A DNA stretch of 64,000 nucleotides from a virus (lineage: Duplodnaviria > Caudoviricetes): the IMG/VR virus record IMGVR_UViG_3300032038_000011, positions 64,001 through 128,000 of that record, one strand, 5' to 3'. Positions 14,897-25,223 of this stretch are shown here, one piece after another. Positions within the stretch are counted from its first letter, which is position 1, and the number at the start of each line of letters is the position of its first letter. The notes under the pieces were generated by a model that was not told the DNA's origin, searched no databases, and saw nothing but the letters and a program-made list of their open reading frames with translations. Position numbers and translations under genes: made by a program.

Positions 14897-15764
14897 GTTT
14901 CAATACACTTCGTCCAACTTTTTTCCTTCTCATCGCTCTCAAATTTGTACTTCTTGTCTTGAATTAATGATAGACCAATCGAATATGGGTGAAGTTGATA
15001 GACTTTGCCGCTGGCTTGATGTGCCTTTTGATCTTAATAAATGGGCGCAATTGTATTCTATACACAAAGATCATACTTTAACAGCCTACTTCAATACACT
15101 ACTAGACGACCACTACCAAGCTTTGCAATGGGCAGATGAAAATGAGAGATGGCGTCTTGCGCGCGAAGAAGGTACAATTGATGATGAAATTGAAGCTTTA
15201 AGTGAAGCTAAAGTGCGGAAATTAAAAAGAATTTGGTCTACTAATTACTCTAATGAAGAATTACTTTTTCTCGAAGATTACTACAATCAGATACTTGCTA
15301 CTCAAAACGTTTCAACTCCAATTCTACAGCATTACGCGCGAGATTTATGTGAAATTGAACTTCGCATAAAGAAAGGTTTGCGCGAAGGCTTAGATATTAA
15401 AAAGGATATGGATGCGCGCGATAACATAATAAAAATCGCGCACTTCGAAGCAAATAATGCCAAAAATGCCGCAGACTTTGAAAGTGTAGGTGAATTAATG
15501 GTCTATTACGGCAAAAAAGGTTGGCATCCAAAATGGCATTCAGAACCAAAAGATGATGTTGATTTCTGTATGCAGAATATACAAAATTATTTGAAACGTT
15601 TAGTTATTAATGAAGGTAATTTCTCCGAGCAAGTTGAAGATAGACGTGAACGCTATAATTTAACTGAACGTTTAGAAAATATAGAAAATGAAGCTGTTGA
15701 ATTTGATGAAACTGCTGATATTGAGTATGAGGATGAATCAGCTTTGATTCAAGATTTAGTATGA
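14835..15764 (+). CDS. Zinc-finger protein upstream of terminase; candidate terminase small subunit
   Basis: N-terminal CLKC...CTSC; directly before and overlapping the large terminase. Confidence 0.55.
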   Translation: MTDEIKTRRCLKCRQEKPIHEFQYTSSNFFPSHRSQICTSCLELMIDQSNMGEVDRLCRWLDVPFDLNKWAQLYSIHKDHTLTAYFNTLLDDHYQALQWADENERWRLAREEGTIDDEIEALSEAKVRKLKRIWSTNYSNEELLFLEDYYNQILATQNVSTPILQHYARDLCEIELRIKKGLREGLDIKKDMDARDNIIKIAHFEANNAKNAADFESVGELMVYYGKKGWHPKWHSEPKDDVDFCMQNIQNYLKRLVINEGNFSEQVEDRRERYNLTERLENIENEAVEFDETADIEYEDESALIQDLV

Positions 15765-17554
15765 CAGACTTTATTACTCAAAAAGTTGAATTGCGCGATG
15801 GCGTCCCAATTGAGAAAGGAGTTGTTCTTACAAAAGAGTTTCTTGACGCAAATCAAGAATTATTTACTAGTTATTTAAATTATTGGCTGCTATACCCAGA
15901 TTTATTTTTAGATGCTATACAACAGCAAGACGACGCAAAAAATTTTCATTTGTTTTTCTATCAGCGAATAGCTTTACGAGCTTCAATGCGTTACCGTTAT
16001 CATTATTGGACGGCAACTCGCGCGACCTCTAAATCTTTTACTGCTTATTTAAGTGCTGTTGTGCGCGCAGTTTTATTACCTGGTTCTAACATATTTATTT
16101 CTTCTGATGTTAAGGGTACAGTTATTAAGATTGCTGAAGCTAAATTTAATGAAATTTGGCGTCACTGGCCTATGCTTAAAAATGAGTTACAAACTCGTGA
16201 AAGTGGCGGCCAACAAGGTGAAAAGAAAAGTGGTAACTATTATGAGTTACGTTTTCGTAATGATAGTATGATTACAGTTGTTTCTAAAGATACTAGCCGT
16301 GGTTTAAGAGCGACAGCAGGTATTCTAGAAGAATGTGCAACCATTGAAGAAGAAGATTATAACGAAGTTCTACTACCTCAAATGAACGTTGCTAGAAGAG
16401 AAGTAGATGGAACTTTAAATCCAGAAGAGCCTACCTCCGCACAAATATTTATTACTACCGCGCGCGAAAAGACTGTATTTATGTATAGTAAATTAATAGA
16501 ATGTGCGGTGAACGCTATTTTGCGACCAAACGAATATTTTATTTGGGGTCTTTCTTATGAAGTACCATTACATTATGGGCTTTTAGATAAAGCAACCTTA
16601 ATGGACCAACGTTATTCTAATACAATGAGTGAAGATTCATTTGCTCGAGAATCATTATCAATTTGGACCGGGAATAGCAAAGAAGCTTGGTTAGATTCTA
16701 AAAGGATTAATAAGCGACGAACTCTATTAAAATGTGAGCGAAAAGCACAAGAAAATCCTACTAACCCAGATACTTTTTATGTGATAGGAGTTGACGTTGC
16801 CAGATATGAAGCTAATACAGCAATTATGGTAATTAAAGTAATTCCTAATTTAAATGGTTTTAAGAAAAATGTTATTTATACAGAAGTCATTCATGGAGCT
16901 AACTATATTACAGATCAAGCTCCTCGTTTAAAGAAATTAATTGAATTATATCATCCTAAAGAAATTGTTATTGACGGTAATGGCCCAGGTATTGGCTTAT
17001 TAGATGCTATGGCTCTTCCTTCTTTTGACGCAAAAACTGGGGAACAATTTCCTGCTTATTTTGCTTTCAATAACGAGCATCATTTACCTCCAGAAAAGAA
17101 AAATGAATCGGAAGAACCATTACCAGAATACAATGCTATTATTTATGATATAAAAGCTGGTTCATCTAATGATGACGCGATTCATTCGAACTTTTTCGCG
17201 CAATTAAGTAATGGTACATTATCTTTACTCGCGCACGAACGAATCGTAAAAGATAAATTACTTCATACTAATAAAGGTAAGAAGATGTCTCTTTATGATA
17301 GAAGAGTTTATTTATTACCTTATGAAATGACTTCTCGATTAGTTGATGAATTAAATAATTTAAAATTAAAACCAACTGGTGTGCAAAATCAATTTAAAAT
17401 AGAAAAAATTTCTAGTTCTGTAAATAAAGACCGTTTTTCTGCTTTAGAGTATGGCTTATATAGAGTTAAATATTATGAAGATAAAATGATTAAACGTTCT
17501 AAGAAAAAGAATTTTGCACAATATGTTTTCTATAGTCCAAGAAAAAGGGGGTGA
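15761..17554 (+). CDS. terL: Terminase large subunit
   Basis: Walker A-like ATRATSKS, RGLR, Walker B ILEE, coupling motif ITTA; nuclease motifs GVDVAR, IDGNG, KDRFSA. Confidence 0.92.
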   Translation: MTDFITQKVELRDGVPIEKGVVLTKEFLDANQELFTSYLNYWLLYPDLFLDAIQQQDDAKNFHLFFYQRIALRASMRYRYHYWTATRATSKSFTAYLSAVVRAVLLPGSNIFISSDVKGTVIKIAEAKFNEIWRHWPMLKNELQTRESGGQQGEKKSGNYYELRFRNDSMITVVSKDTSRGLRATAGILEECATIEEEDYNEVLLPQMNVARREVDGTLNPEEPTSAQIFITTAREKTVFMYSKLIECAVNAILRPNEYFIWGLSYEVPLHYGLLDKATLMDQRYSNTMSEDSFARESLSIWTGNSKEAWLDSKRINKRRTLLKCERKAQENPTNPDTFYVIGVDVARYEANTAIMVIKVIPNLNGFKKNVIYTEVIHGANYITDQAPRLKKLIELYHPKEIVIDGNGPGIGLLDAMALPSFDAKTGEQFPAYFAFNNEHHLPPEKKNESEEPLPEYNAIIYDIKAGSSNDDAIHSNFFAQLSNGTLSLLAHERIVKDKLLHTNKGKKMSLYDRRVYLLPYEMTSRLVDELNNLKLKPTGVQNQFKIEKISSSVNKDRFSALEYGLYRVKYYEDKMIKRSKKKNFAQYVFYSPRKRG

Positions 17555-19116
17555 CAACTTTGGAAGGCACAAATAAGAAACATGATTTCTCAAAATTTCG
17601 ATTACAAGTAACAAGAAATCTCGCGCGAGCACCTATAACAGAAAATGCTTATCTTCGTTGGGGTTATCGCAATGGAAAAAGAGTTTCCAATGATGATTTT
17701 ACTCTAGAAGAAATAAACGCTATTATTCGTTCTGGTGAATTAGATGCTTATCGTGAATTATCTAATTTTTATTATCGTACTAATGGCGATTATAGGAATA
17801 ATATAGATTTTCTTGCTTCTTTACCTTTATATGATACGGTAGTAATTCCTGTTTTAGCTTCTGGTAAAGGTTCACACGCGCAAATTATTAAAGATTTTGA
17901 AAGAGCTTGTATTTTTATAGAAAAATTAGATATACCTAATACTTTTAATTATATTACTAAAGAATGGTTAAAAGTTGGTGTATATAACGGTATTTTGAGA
18001 GAAGATGGTGAAGATGTAATAATTCAAGATTTGCCTTTAGAATTTTGTAGAACTCGTTTTAAGGATTTTAATAATCTTCCCATCTTAGAATTTAATTTAC
18101 ATTATTTTGAGAGAATACATGACGAAGAACTTCAAGAAGAAGCTGTTGAAAGTTTTCCAGAAGTTGTTAAAAAAGCCTGGCGAGATTATGAAAATGCTAA
18201 AAAGCTAATTGATCCTTGGATAATGATTCCTGCAGAATCTGGTGGTATTTGTTTTACTTTTATTAACGATCAATCACCTTTATTAATAGCAAGTATTCCG
18301 CAATTAAAGAAATTAGAGGATGCTGTTGGGCGTGAAGAAAAACGTGATGAAAATGAATTATATAAATTATTAATTCAACAAATGCCTATAGATGATGGTG
18401 AATTAGTATTCCCACTAGAAGAAGCCGCAGAAATGCACGCTTCTGTCGCAGCGATGTTAAGTGGAACAGATACAGTAGATGTTTTAACTACTTTTGGAGA
18501 TACAGATTTAGAAAGTCTACAAGATACTTCCGCGGCTGCGCAATCAAATGATAGAATTAAAAAATATCGTGATAATGCTTATGATTTCTTAGGCAGAAGT
18601 TCTTTATTATTTAATGCAGATGGTAGCTCTACGTTAGCTTATACTATTAAAAAAGATGAAGCTTTAATGATTTCTTACTTAAATGTTTATGAAACTTGGA
18701 TTAAATTTCATTTAAATAGTAAGTTTTCTCGTCCAGGATTAACTTTTGATTTTGAAATTTTGCCTACTACAGTTTTTAATAGACAAGATATCCAACAAAA
18801 TTATTTCCGAGCTGCACAGTATGGTTATTCTAAAATGTTTGCGGGCGTTGTAATGGGTATTAAACAGCGCGATCAAATTAGTTTAATGGAATTTGAAAAT
18901 GATTTTTTAAAGATGTCAGAAAAAATGATTCCATTACAATCTTCTTATACTACTCCAGGCGGAGAAGTCGCAAATGAAGAAAAAAATAATTCTTCGGGAC
19001 AAAAAACAGGAAGTACACAAAAGAGTGATGACCTAAATAATAAGGGAGGTCGTCCTGAACTCCCTGACGAACAAAAATCTGAAAAAACTCAAGCTAATAT
19101 TAAAGCTGCTGGGTAA
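17551..19116 (+). CDS. Portal protein
   Basis: 521 aa directly after terL; C-terminal PLQSSYT...GGRP motif typical of portals in SPbeta-like modules. Confidence 0.85.
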   Translation: MTTLEGTNKKHDFSKFRLQVTRNLARAPITENAYLRWGYRNGKRVSNDDFTLEEINAIIRSGELDAYRELSNFYYRTNGDYRNNIDFLASLPLYDTVVIPVLASGKGSHAQIIKDFERACIFIEKLDIPNTFNYITKEWLKVGVYNGILREDGEDVIIQDLPLEFCRTRFKDFNNLPILEFNLHYFERIHDEELQEEAVESFPEVVKKAWRDYENAKKLIDPWIMIPAESGGICFTFINDQSPLLIASIPQLKKLEDAVGREEKRDENELYKLLIQQMPIDDGELVFPLEEAAEMHASVAAMLSGTDTVDVLTTFGDTDLESLQDTSAAAQSNDRIKKYRDNAYDFLGRSSLLFNADGSSTLAYTIKKDEALMISYLNVYETWIKFHLNSKFSRPGLTFDFEILPTTVFNRQDIQQNYFRAAQYGYSKMFAGVVMGIKQRDQISLMEFENDFLKMSEKMIPLQSSYTTPGGEVANEEKNNSSGQKTGSTQKSDDLNNKGGRPELPDEQKSEKTQANIKAAG

Positions 19117-19127
19117 GGAGAATAATT

Positions 19128-20423
19128 ATGGAAAAGCAAATACCTATTTATTTTGATAGCGTAGTGATTGATTCTCCCTTTCAAGGAATATCTGAAAGTA
19201 ACCCAAATATTGGTCGCTTAAAGGTACGAGTATTTACCAAATACGGTAATAGAAATGGTTCTTATATTACTGAAGCAGTAGCTAATCAGTTGATAGAATC
19301 TGCTACTCAAGGTACTACTCCCGTAGTTGGTTTCTTTGACCCAGCAACTGAAAGCTGGGCCTCTCACAGCGGCCCAACTTTAGCTAATGGCTATGGTTAT
19401 GTAGAAAATTTCCTTGGCTGGGAGCCATTTGAAGATACAGATGGCGTTACAAGAGAATACGCAGTTTTTTCAGTAGTGCTTTTTACTGATTATTATGAAG
19501 AAGCAAAAAAGATTTTTGGCCAAAATCAATCTATGGAACTTGATCCACTTTCTATTGATGGTGATTGGACAATGATTGAGGGTCAAGAATACTTTGTTTA
19601 TACTAAAGCAAAAATGCTTGGCTTCTGCGTAATTGGTGAGCACGAACCATGTTTTTCGGTATCCTCATTCTTTTCTAAGAATGATGACATATATAAATCA
19701 CAATATGAGAAGTTCTCTTCACTTCTGTTTAACCTCAAAGCACAAGTAGAAGAGGCTGAAAAAAATAATGAAGGAGGAGAACAACCAATGAATGAGTTTG
19801 AAAACAAGGAAACTGTAGAACAGGTTGAGAATCCTCAAGTACAGGAAGAAGTACAAGATACGTTTCAGCAAACTCAAGAAACTGTTGAGCCTGAAGTCGC
19901 CGAAGCTTCAGCTGCAGAAAATTTTGAGGAAAAACCAGCTGAGGTTGAACCAGAAGTTCAAGAACCAGTATCAGAGGAACCTTCTGAATTTGAAGCTTTA
20001 CAAACCAAATTCAATGAACTACAGGAATCCTATAATCAGTTACAATCTGATTACTCCACAGCACAAGCTCGCATTGAAGAACTTGAACAGTTCCAAACCT
20101 CAACCAATACAGAGCTTGAAACTCTTCGCTCTAAGAACGAAGAACTACAGACTTCTTTACAGACTTACACAAATCAAGCCTTAGAAGCTGAAAATAATCG
20201 TAAAAATGAACTAATAAAGAAATACGAAAAAGTAATGAAAGAAGAGGAAATTAGTGATATTAAAGAGAAGGCTAATGACTTTTCTTATGATGAATTAGAG
20301 AGCAAGTTAGCAATTGCTTTTGCTAATAAACAAATGGCTGGTAATGAAATTAAGAAAGTACCACTACCAGATCCAGAACATGCTCAATTCGCATTATTTA
20401 TGGAAAAATATCGTATAGATTAA
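19128..20423 (+). CDS. Prohead protease / scaffold fusion
   Basis: N-domain with NRNGS, QSMEL, CVIG..EPCF; acidic coiled-coil C-half; lies between portal and capsid genes. Confidence 0.75.
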   Translation: MEKQIPIYFDSVVIDSPFQGISESNPNIGRLKVRVFTKYGNRNGSYITEAVANQLIESATQGTTPVVGFFDPATESWASHSGPTLANGYGYVENFLGWEPFEDTDGVTREYAVFSVVLFTDYYEEAKKIFGQNQSMELDPLSIDGDWTMIEGQEYFVYTKAKMLGFCVIGEHEPCFSVSSFFSKNDDIYKSQYEKFSSLLFNLKAQVEEAEKNNEGGEQPMNEFENKETVEQVENPQVQEEVQDTFQQTQETVEPEVAEASAAENFEEKPAEVEPEVQEPVSEEPSEFEALQTKFNELQESYNQLQSDYSTAQARIEELEQFQTSTNTELETLRSKNEELQTSLQTYTNQALEAENNRKNELIKKYEKVMKEEEISDIKEKANDFSYDELESKLAIAFANKQMAGNEIKKVPLPDPEHAQFALFMEKYRID

Positions 20424-20437
20424 GGAGGGAAATTATT

Positions 20438-21070
20438 ATGGCTTTAACAAGATTTCCACTAACAAATCCCAATAGCCTATCTAGCAAGTATCGCCCAGGC
20501 GAGAAGCTATATGCAACTCTAGAGCTAAATCAGGTTGCTTTCCCAAAGACTGGTATGGTAGTTTCTCAGACCCCACTATCTGAAGAATTTACAATCAACG
20601 CTCCTTGTGAGAATGGTATGTGGGTTGTAGGCGATAAGGCTGCTGGCGTTATTGCTGCTCCAGCTGCTGCTACTGATAAGCCTATTGGTATTGTTTATAC
20701 TGCTGAAAAAGAATATGATGATTATCATTATGGTCTAGCACGTTTTGGTCGCAAGATTGCTGGCGACTATCCTCGTGTTGGTTTACTAGGTATCGGTGAT
20801 ACCGTAACTACTAACTGCCTACAGTATGATGCTGGTCAAGGTGCTGCTTTTGCTGATTTTGATGCTCTAGATACCTATTTAAGCGGTGATCTAAGTGGCA
20901 CAAATAAGGCTTATGTTATTATTCCTAGCGGACAAGATGATATTAAGTGTGTCCCACAGATTGTTAAATCTCTACCAAATGGCTATGCTGGTATTTATGG
21001 CCGCATTGTAAAATACTACACTGTACCTAACGGCGAAAAGGGCGTTAAGTATCAGATTATTAGTCTATAA
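20438..21070 (+). CDS. Putative head decoration / capsid-associated protein
   Basis: Directly before the MCP; ENGM motif; high-expression codon bias. Confidence 0.6.
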   Translation: MALTRFPLTNPNSLSSKYRPGEKLYATLELNQVAFPKTGMVVSQTPLSEEFTINAPCENGMWVVGDKAAGVIAAPAAATDKPIGIVYTAEKEYDDYHYGLARFGRKIAGDYPRVGLLGIGDTVTTNCLQYDAGQGAAFADFDALDTYLSGDLSGTNKAYVIIPSGQDDIKCVPQIVKSLPNGYAGIYGRIVKYYTVPNGEKGVKYQIISL

Positions 21071-21085
21071 TAGGAGGTGCGAACT

Positions 21086-22192
21086 ATGAATAAGCTACAA
21101 GTTCTAATGAATGGTGTTTTCGGCCGCAAGGTTCCTGCTGAGTTCGCTGCCGAAAATTATGACTATGAGGCTGCTCTTCGCGACGAGCTAACTAAGCTAC
21201 TTTGCGACGATAAGGGCCGTTTAAATCGCTATAAGTTTGAGCGTAATAAGATTGATCTATTTGAATTACTATCTCAGAATCTAGAGGAAGTTCTACCACG
21301 TAATATTCAGAGTGCTCTAGATATGTTTACAGAAGTTATTCGTGTACCACAGGGTTCTCGTTTAGAGTTCCGTGTAACTCGTGGTAAGCAGCGTGGTCGT
21401 CAGTTTGTTACTCGTGCTACCGAATCTGGTAACTATGAGACTTTCCGTCTAGACCGCGATAAGTTTGATGTATATCCACAGGCTATCGGTGGAGCCGGTT
21501 ATGTAGACTTCGAACGTTATCTCGATGGTCTAGAGAACATGACTGATATTTATGAGATTATCCAACAGGGTATTACTGACCGTATTTTTGAAATGGTTCA
21601 GGAAATGCTTCTAAGTTCTTGGAACATGGCTGGTCGCCCAGCAAAGAATAAGGTTATTGCTTCTAGCTTTGACCCAGCTTCTATGGTTAAGCTTTGCAAT
21701 GTAGTTGCCGCTTATGGTGATCCAATTATTTACTGCACTCCAGAGTTCGCCGCAGAGATGGTAAATGCTATTATTTACAATAACACTACTAAGATTTCCG
21801 ATCAGGATATGCTTGAGGTTCGTGACCGTGGTTATATCGGTCGTTTCCGTGGTGTTCCAGTTGTTGTAATGCCACAGTCTTATACTGATGAAAAGAATGA
21901 GAAGTTAGTTATGAATCCTTCTTTCGCATATGTAATGCCTGCTGGTAAGGAAAAGATCATCAAGCTAGGTTTTGAAGGTTCTCCTTATTTCCGTGAGTGG
22001 GATGACCATGAGGGTGACAATCAGATTGTTCTACAGGGTTATCTAAAGGTTGGCGTTGGCATGATTGGTACTCCTAATTATTGGGGCATCTATTACAATG
22101 CTGGTATCGAAGCTGATGGCTGGAAGGATTATAATGATAATCTAGATGCTAAAATCGCTAGCACTTATGCTGCTGCACATCCAAATAGCTAA
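21086..22192 (+). CDS. Major capsid protein
   Basis: 368 aa, AGGAGG RBS, strong codon bias, GYIGRFRGVPVV motif, followed by a terminator. Confidence 0.85.
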   Translation: MNKLQVLMNGVFGRKVPAEFAAENYDYEAALRDELTKLLCDDKGRLNRYKFERNKIDLFELLSQNLEEVLPRNIQSALDMFTEVIRVPQGSRLEFRVTRGKQRGRQFVTRATESGNYETFRLDRDKFDVYPQAIGGAGYVDFERYLDGLENMTDIYEIIQQGITDRIFEMVQEMLLSSWNMAGRPAKNKVIASSFDPASMVKLCNVVAAYGDPIIYCTPEFAAEMVNAIIYNNTTKISDQDMLEVRDRGYIGRFRGVPVVVMPQSYTDEKNEKLVMNPSFAYVMPAGKEKIIKLGFEGSPYFREWDDHEGDNQIVLQGYLKVGVGMIGTPNYWGIYYNAGIEADGWKDYNDNLDAKIASTYAAAHPNS

Positions 22193-22213
22193 TTAATATA
22201 AACAAATCACTTT

Positions 22214-22250
22214 AATGGGGTGGGTGAGAATCTCGCCCATCCCATTTTTC
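22214..22250 (+). terminator. Intrinsic terminator after MCP
   Basis: aatggggtgggtgaga..tctcgcccatcccatt followed by a T-run. Confidence 0.8.
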
Positions 22251-22276
22251 TTTTAGAGTTAAAGGAGGAAATTATT

Positions 22277-22726
22277 ATGGCAAAAATTACTTTAAAGAAT
22301 ATTAGTTCTGCTACTGTTGTTATTGGTACTTCTGATGGTGCTATGAGAAGTCGTAGTCTCGCGCCAAATCGTGTTATTACTCTTACTCCTACTGAGTATG
22401 AAGATTTAATGTATGAGCCTGGCGTTCAGAACATGATTCGCGGCGGTTATATTAAGATTGATGGTGTTGCAGAAGATCGTGCAGTAATTGAGACTCCTAC
22501 TAATGTAATGAGTCGTGATGAAATTATTAAGATGCTTAATAATCGTGATATTACTGCTTTTGCTAATTATATTAAGATTGCACCTTCTGCGGCAAAAGAT
22601 ACTATTGTACAATATGTAGTAGAGAATAACATTACAGATAATGCTTTTACCGCTCTTATTAAGAAATATTGCGGCATTGATGTAATTCAGGCTATTTCTG
22701 TAAAGCATCAAGCTGAAGAGAAATAA
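22277..22726 (+). CDS. Virion-associated hypothetical protein (149 aa)
   Basis: AAGGAGG RBS before MAKIT. Confidence 0.75.
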   Translation: MAKITLKNISSATVVIGTSDGAMRSRSLAPNRVITLTPTEYEDLMYEPGVQNMIRGGYIKIDGVAEDRAVIETPTNVMSRDEIIKMLNNRDITAFANYIKIAPSAAKDTIVQYVVENNITDNAFTALIKKYCGIDVIQAISVKHQAEEK

Positions 22727-22729
22727 TTT

Positions 22730-23227
22730 ATGGCTACTCCCTTTCTCAAAGTATACGATGCCTTTTTGGCACGAATTACCGCGGATGAATGGACACTTGA
22801 GGAAGAATTAGCAATCGTTGAGCGGGATTGGCAAGAACTTCTAAAAATTGCCATTTTTAGATTTAAGTATCCGCGGACAAGTCTGGATACACAAAAAGTT
22901 GAAACTACTGATTCTGATTCTAATCAATTAGAAGTTTATGAATTTGTAGATGATTTAACCAATGACGAAATACAACTTTTAGCCTTGTACATGAAACACG
23001 AATGGGTTAAAAGATGTATTGCTAGTTGGGAAAATATTCGGCAGTTGTACGCTGATAAAGATTTTTCACAAGCAAATCATTTAGATAAATTAAATAAGTT
23101 GGAGGCCGCAATTCAAGTTGAAGTGCGGCGTGCGGAAGGAATTTATGATCGTTCGCGTAAAAAAACTCCAGCTGAATTATTTAGACGTTTAGCAGGTAAG
23201 AAAAATGCTTTACGAAGAGACGTTTGA
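22730..23227 (+). CDS. Putative head-tail adaptor
   Basis: Position after the capsid genes; DFSQANHLDKL motif. Confidence 0.6.
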   Translation: MATPFLKVYDAFLARITADEWTLEEELAIVERDWQELLKIAIFRFKYPRTSLDTQKVETTDSDSNQLEVYEFVDDLTNDEIQLLALYMKHEWVKRCIASWENIRQLYADKDFSQANHLDKLNKLEAAIQVEVRRAEGIYDRSRKKTPAELFRRLAGKKNALRRDV

Positions 23228-23483
23228 AGGTTATAAAAATAAATTAAAAGGGCGTCTTTATGGTGTGCTTTGTGAAAAAGAAAAAGAAGGCGGAGATTGG
23301 GAAAAATTTTTAAATTCAATATTAATTGAATTAAAAGGTTTAGAGCCAACGTCTATTAATTATTGGCCGCTAATGGGAAAATTAAATTCATTACGATTCT
23401 TAAATTATGAATATTTTAGAAAAACAATTTTTGAATGTATGAATTTAATTGGTAGTTTAGAGGTTCCTAATGAATTACCTTGA
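23205..23483 (+). CDS. Hypothetical protein (92 aa)
   Basis: Overlapping ORF within the operon. Confidence 0.7.
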   Translation: MLYEETFEGYKNKLKGRLYGVLCEKEKEGGDWEKFLNSILIELKGLEPTSINYWPLMGKLNSLRFLNYEYFRKTIFECMNLIGSLEVPNELP

Positions 23484-24669
23484 TGTTTATTTTTCAAGAA
23501 TTAATCACTTAGGTGAAACAACTGCTGAACGAATACGAAATGGTGGGAAACGTTCTTTTGAAAAATGGCTTGCGGAATCGCCTCATACTTTAAGAAATTT
23601 ATCTGTTGAAAGAGGAATATATTTTGATGGAATTATTCTTACTAGTAAAGATAAAGAATATGAAAAAATTATGTTTTTAGAAGTTGCTTTAGATATTCCT
23701 ATTAAAGTAGGAGATATTATGAATTGGACTCTTGACGATGGTTCTATTGAAAAATGGATTTTAATTCAGGAAGAAAAGAAAGTTAATGGAACTTTTAGAA
23801 GCTTTTGGATTGTTCGCTGTAATTATCTTATGAAATGGATAGATAGTGAAGGACATTTGCAATCTTCTTGGGCGTATTTTGTAAGTTCTTTAGATAGCAA
23901 AATAAAGGGAAATTTTAGGACATGGAATAACTTAATTACTCCACAACCTAATAAATTCGCGGAATTATTAATGCCGCGTTATTCTATAGATAGAGCAACA
24001 AATTTTATTGTAGAAGATGAATCTTGGACGGTAGTTGAATATGATTACTCTAGTGTTCCAGGAGTTATTTATCTTTCGCTAACAGAAACTAAAGTTAATG
24101 CAATATATGATGATACTGTTAATGATATTGCAGATTTAGATAAATTAGCGGTTTATGATATATCTATTCCAGAAATAACTCAAAAATTTAAAGTTAATGA
24201 TATTATTGATCTAACTTTTACTTTAATGAAAAATGGCGTACCTTCAAATGAAGAAGTTGAGTTTATTTCTAGTGATAAAAAAATAGCTAAAATAATTGAT
24301 AATAAATTAACTGCTATTTCTAAGGGAAATGTAGATATTATTATTCAATTAAAACAATATCCTACAATTCAAAAAATTATTTCTATTGAAATTGGGGATG
24401 AAGAAAATGAATTTTCTGCATATATTGAAGGAAATGATAATCTTCGATTAGATAGAAAAGGAATTTATATTTTAAAAGGGACTGGAGAAATTTCTGATAA
24501 AGTGGTTTTCACAATTAATGATACTACTCTTGCGCGAATTATTAAAACTACTAATAATAGTTGTGAAATACAAGCAAATTCTAAAAATAAATTAGGAAAA
24601 GTAGTATTAAGTGCGACTTATCAAAATGTAATGTATACTAAAGAAATTTCTATTATTCCATTATGGTAG
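23470..24669 (+). CDS. Putative head-closure/neck protein with C-terminal Ig-like domains
   Basis: FISSDKKIAKI...LTAISKGNVDI resembles a Big_2-type Ig-like repeat. Confidence 0.6.
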   Translation: MNYLDVYFSRINHLGETTAERIRNGGKRSFEKWLAESPHTLRNLSVERGIYFDGIILTSKDKEYEKIMFLEVALDIPIKVGDIMNWTLDDGSIEKWILIQEEKKVNGTFRSFWIVRCNYLMKWIDSEGHLQSSWAYFVSSLDSKIKGNFRTWNNLITPQPNKFAELLMPRYSIDRATNFIVEDESWTVVEYDYSSVPGVIYLSLTETKVNAIYDDTVNDIADLDKLAVYDISIPEITQKFKVNDIIDLTFTLMKNGVPSNEEVEFISSDKKIAKIIDNKLTAISKGNVDIIIQLKQYPTIQKIISIEIGDEENEFSAYIEGNDNLRLDRKGIYILKGTGEISDKVVFTINDTTLARIIKTTNNSCEIQANSKNKLGKVVLSATYQNVMYTKEISIIPLW

Positions 24670-25223
24670 GTGATTTTATGAATGAGTTAAATCAAACTAT
24701 AAAAAAAGAAAAACCCACTCAAAGACGCTTTGCTGTAATGGGAGAAAATACATTTTTAATTGCTAATAAATTAATGCAAAATCAAGCAATTTGTAGATTA
24801 TTAAAATATCCAACAAAAGATCCTTTTTCTGAAAAAGACCCAGTTACTGGGAAAGATCAACCAGATGTTGATGGAATCGAATTAATTAATAAACAAATAT
24901 TAATTGTTCCAAAAATATATGATGATTCAAATGATGAAATGTCTTATATTGTAACAGTATTTGATGATTTTACTGTAAATACTTTAAATCCAGAATTTAA
25001 AATAACTACTTTACGTTTTGATATTGCTTGTCCTTATGATAAGTGGCTTTTAAATGAAAGATCTCTTCGACCATATTTAATTATGGAAGAAATAGATAAG
25101 ATGTTTAATCAGGGTAAATTAAAAGGAATTGGTAATTTGCAATTTTATCGCGCAGATAATTTAACTTTGTCTCCCTGGATTGGAGGCTATTCCATGAGGT
25201 ATAAAATTAATGAATTTAACTGA
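24663..25223 (+). CDS. Putative tail completion/terminator protein
   Basis: Position; LRPYLIMEEID...GIG motif. Confidence 0.55.
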   Translation: MVGDFMNELNQTIKKEKPTQRRFAVMGENTFLIANKLMQNQAICRLLKYPTKDPFSEKDPVTGKDQPDVDGIELINKQILIVPKIYDDSNDEMSYIVTVFDDFTVNTLNPEFKITTLRFDIACPYDKWLLNERSLRPYLIMEEIDKMFNQGKLKGIGNLQFYRADNLTLSPWIGGYSMRYKINEFN

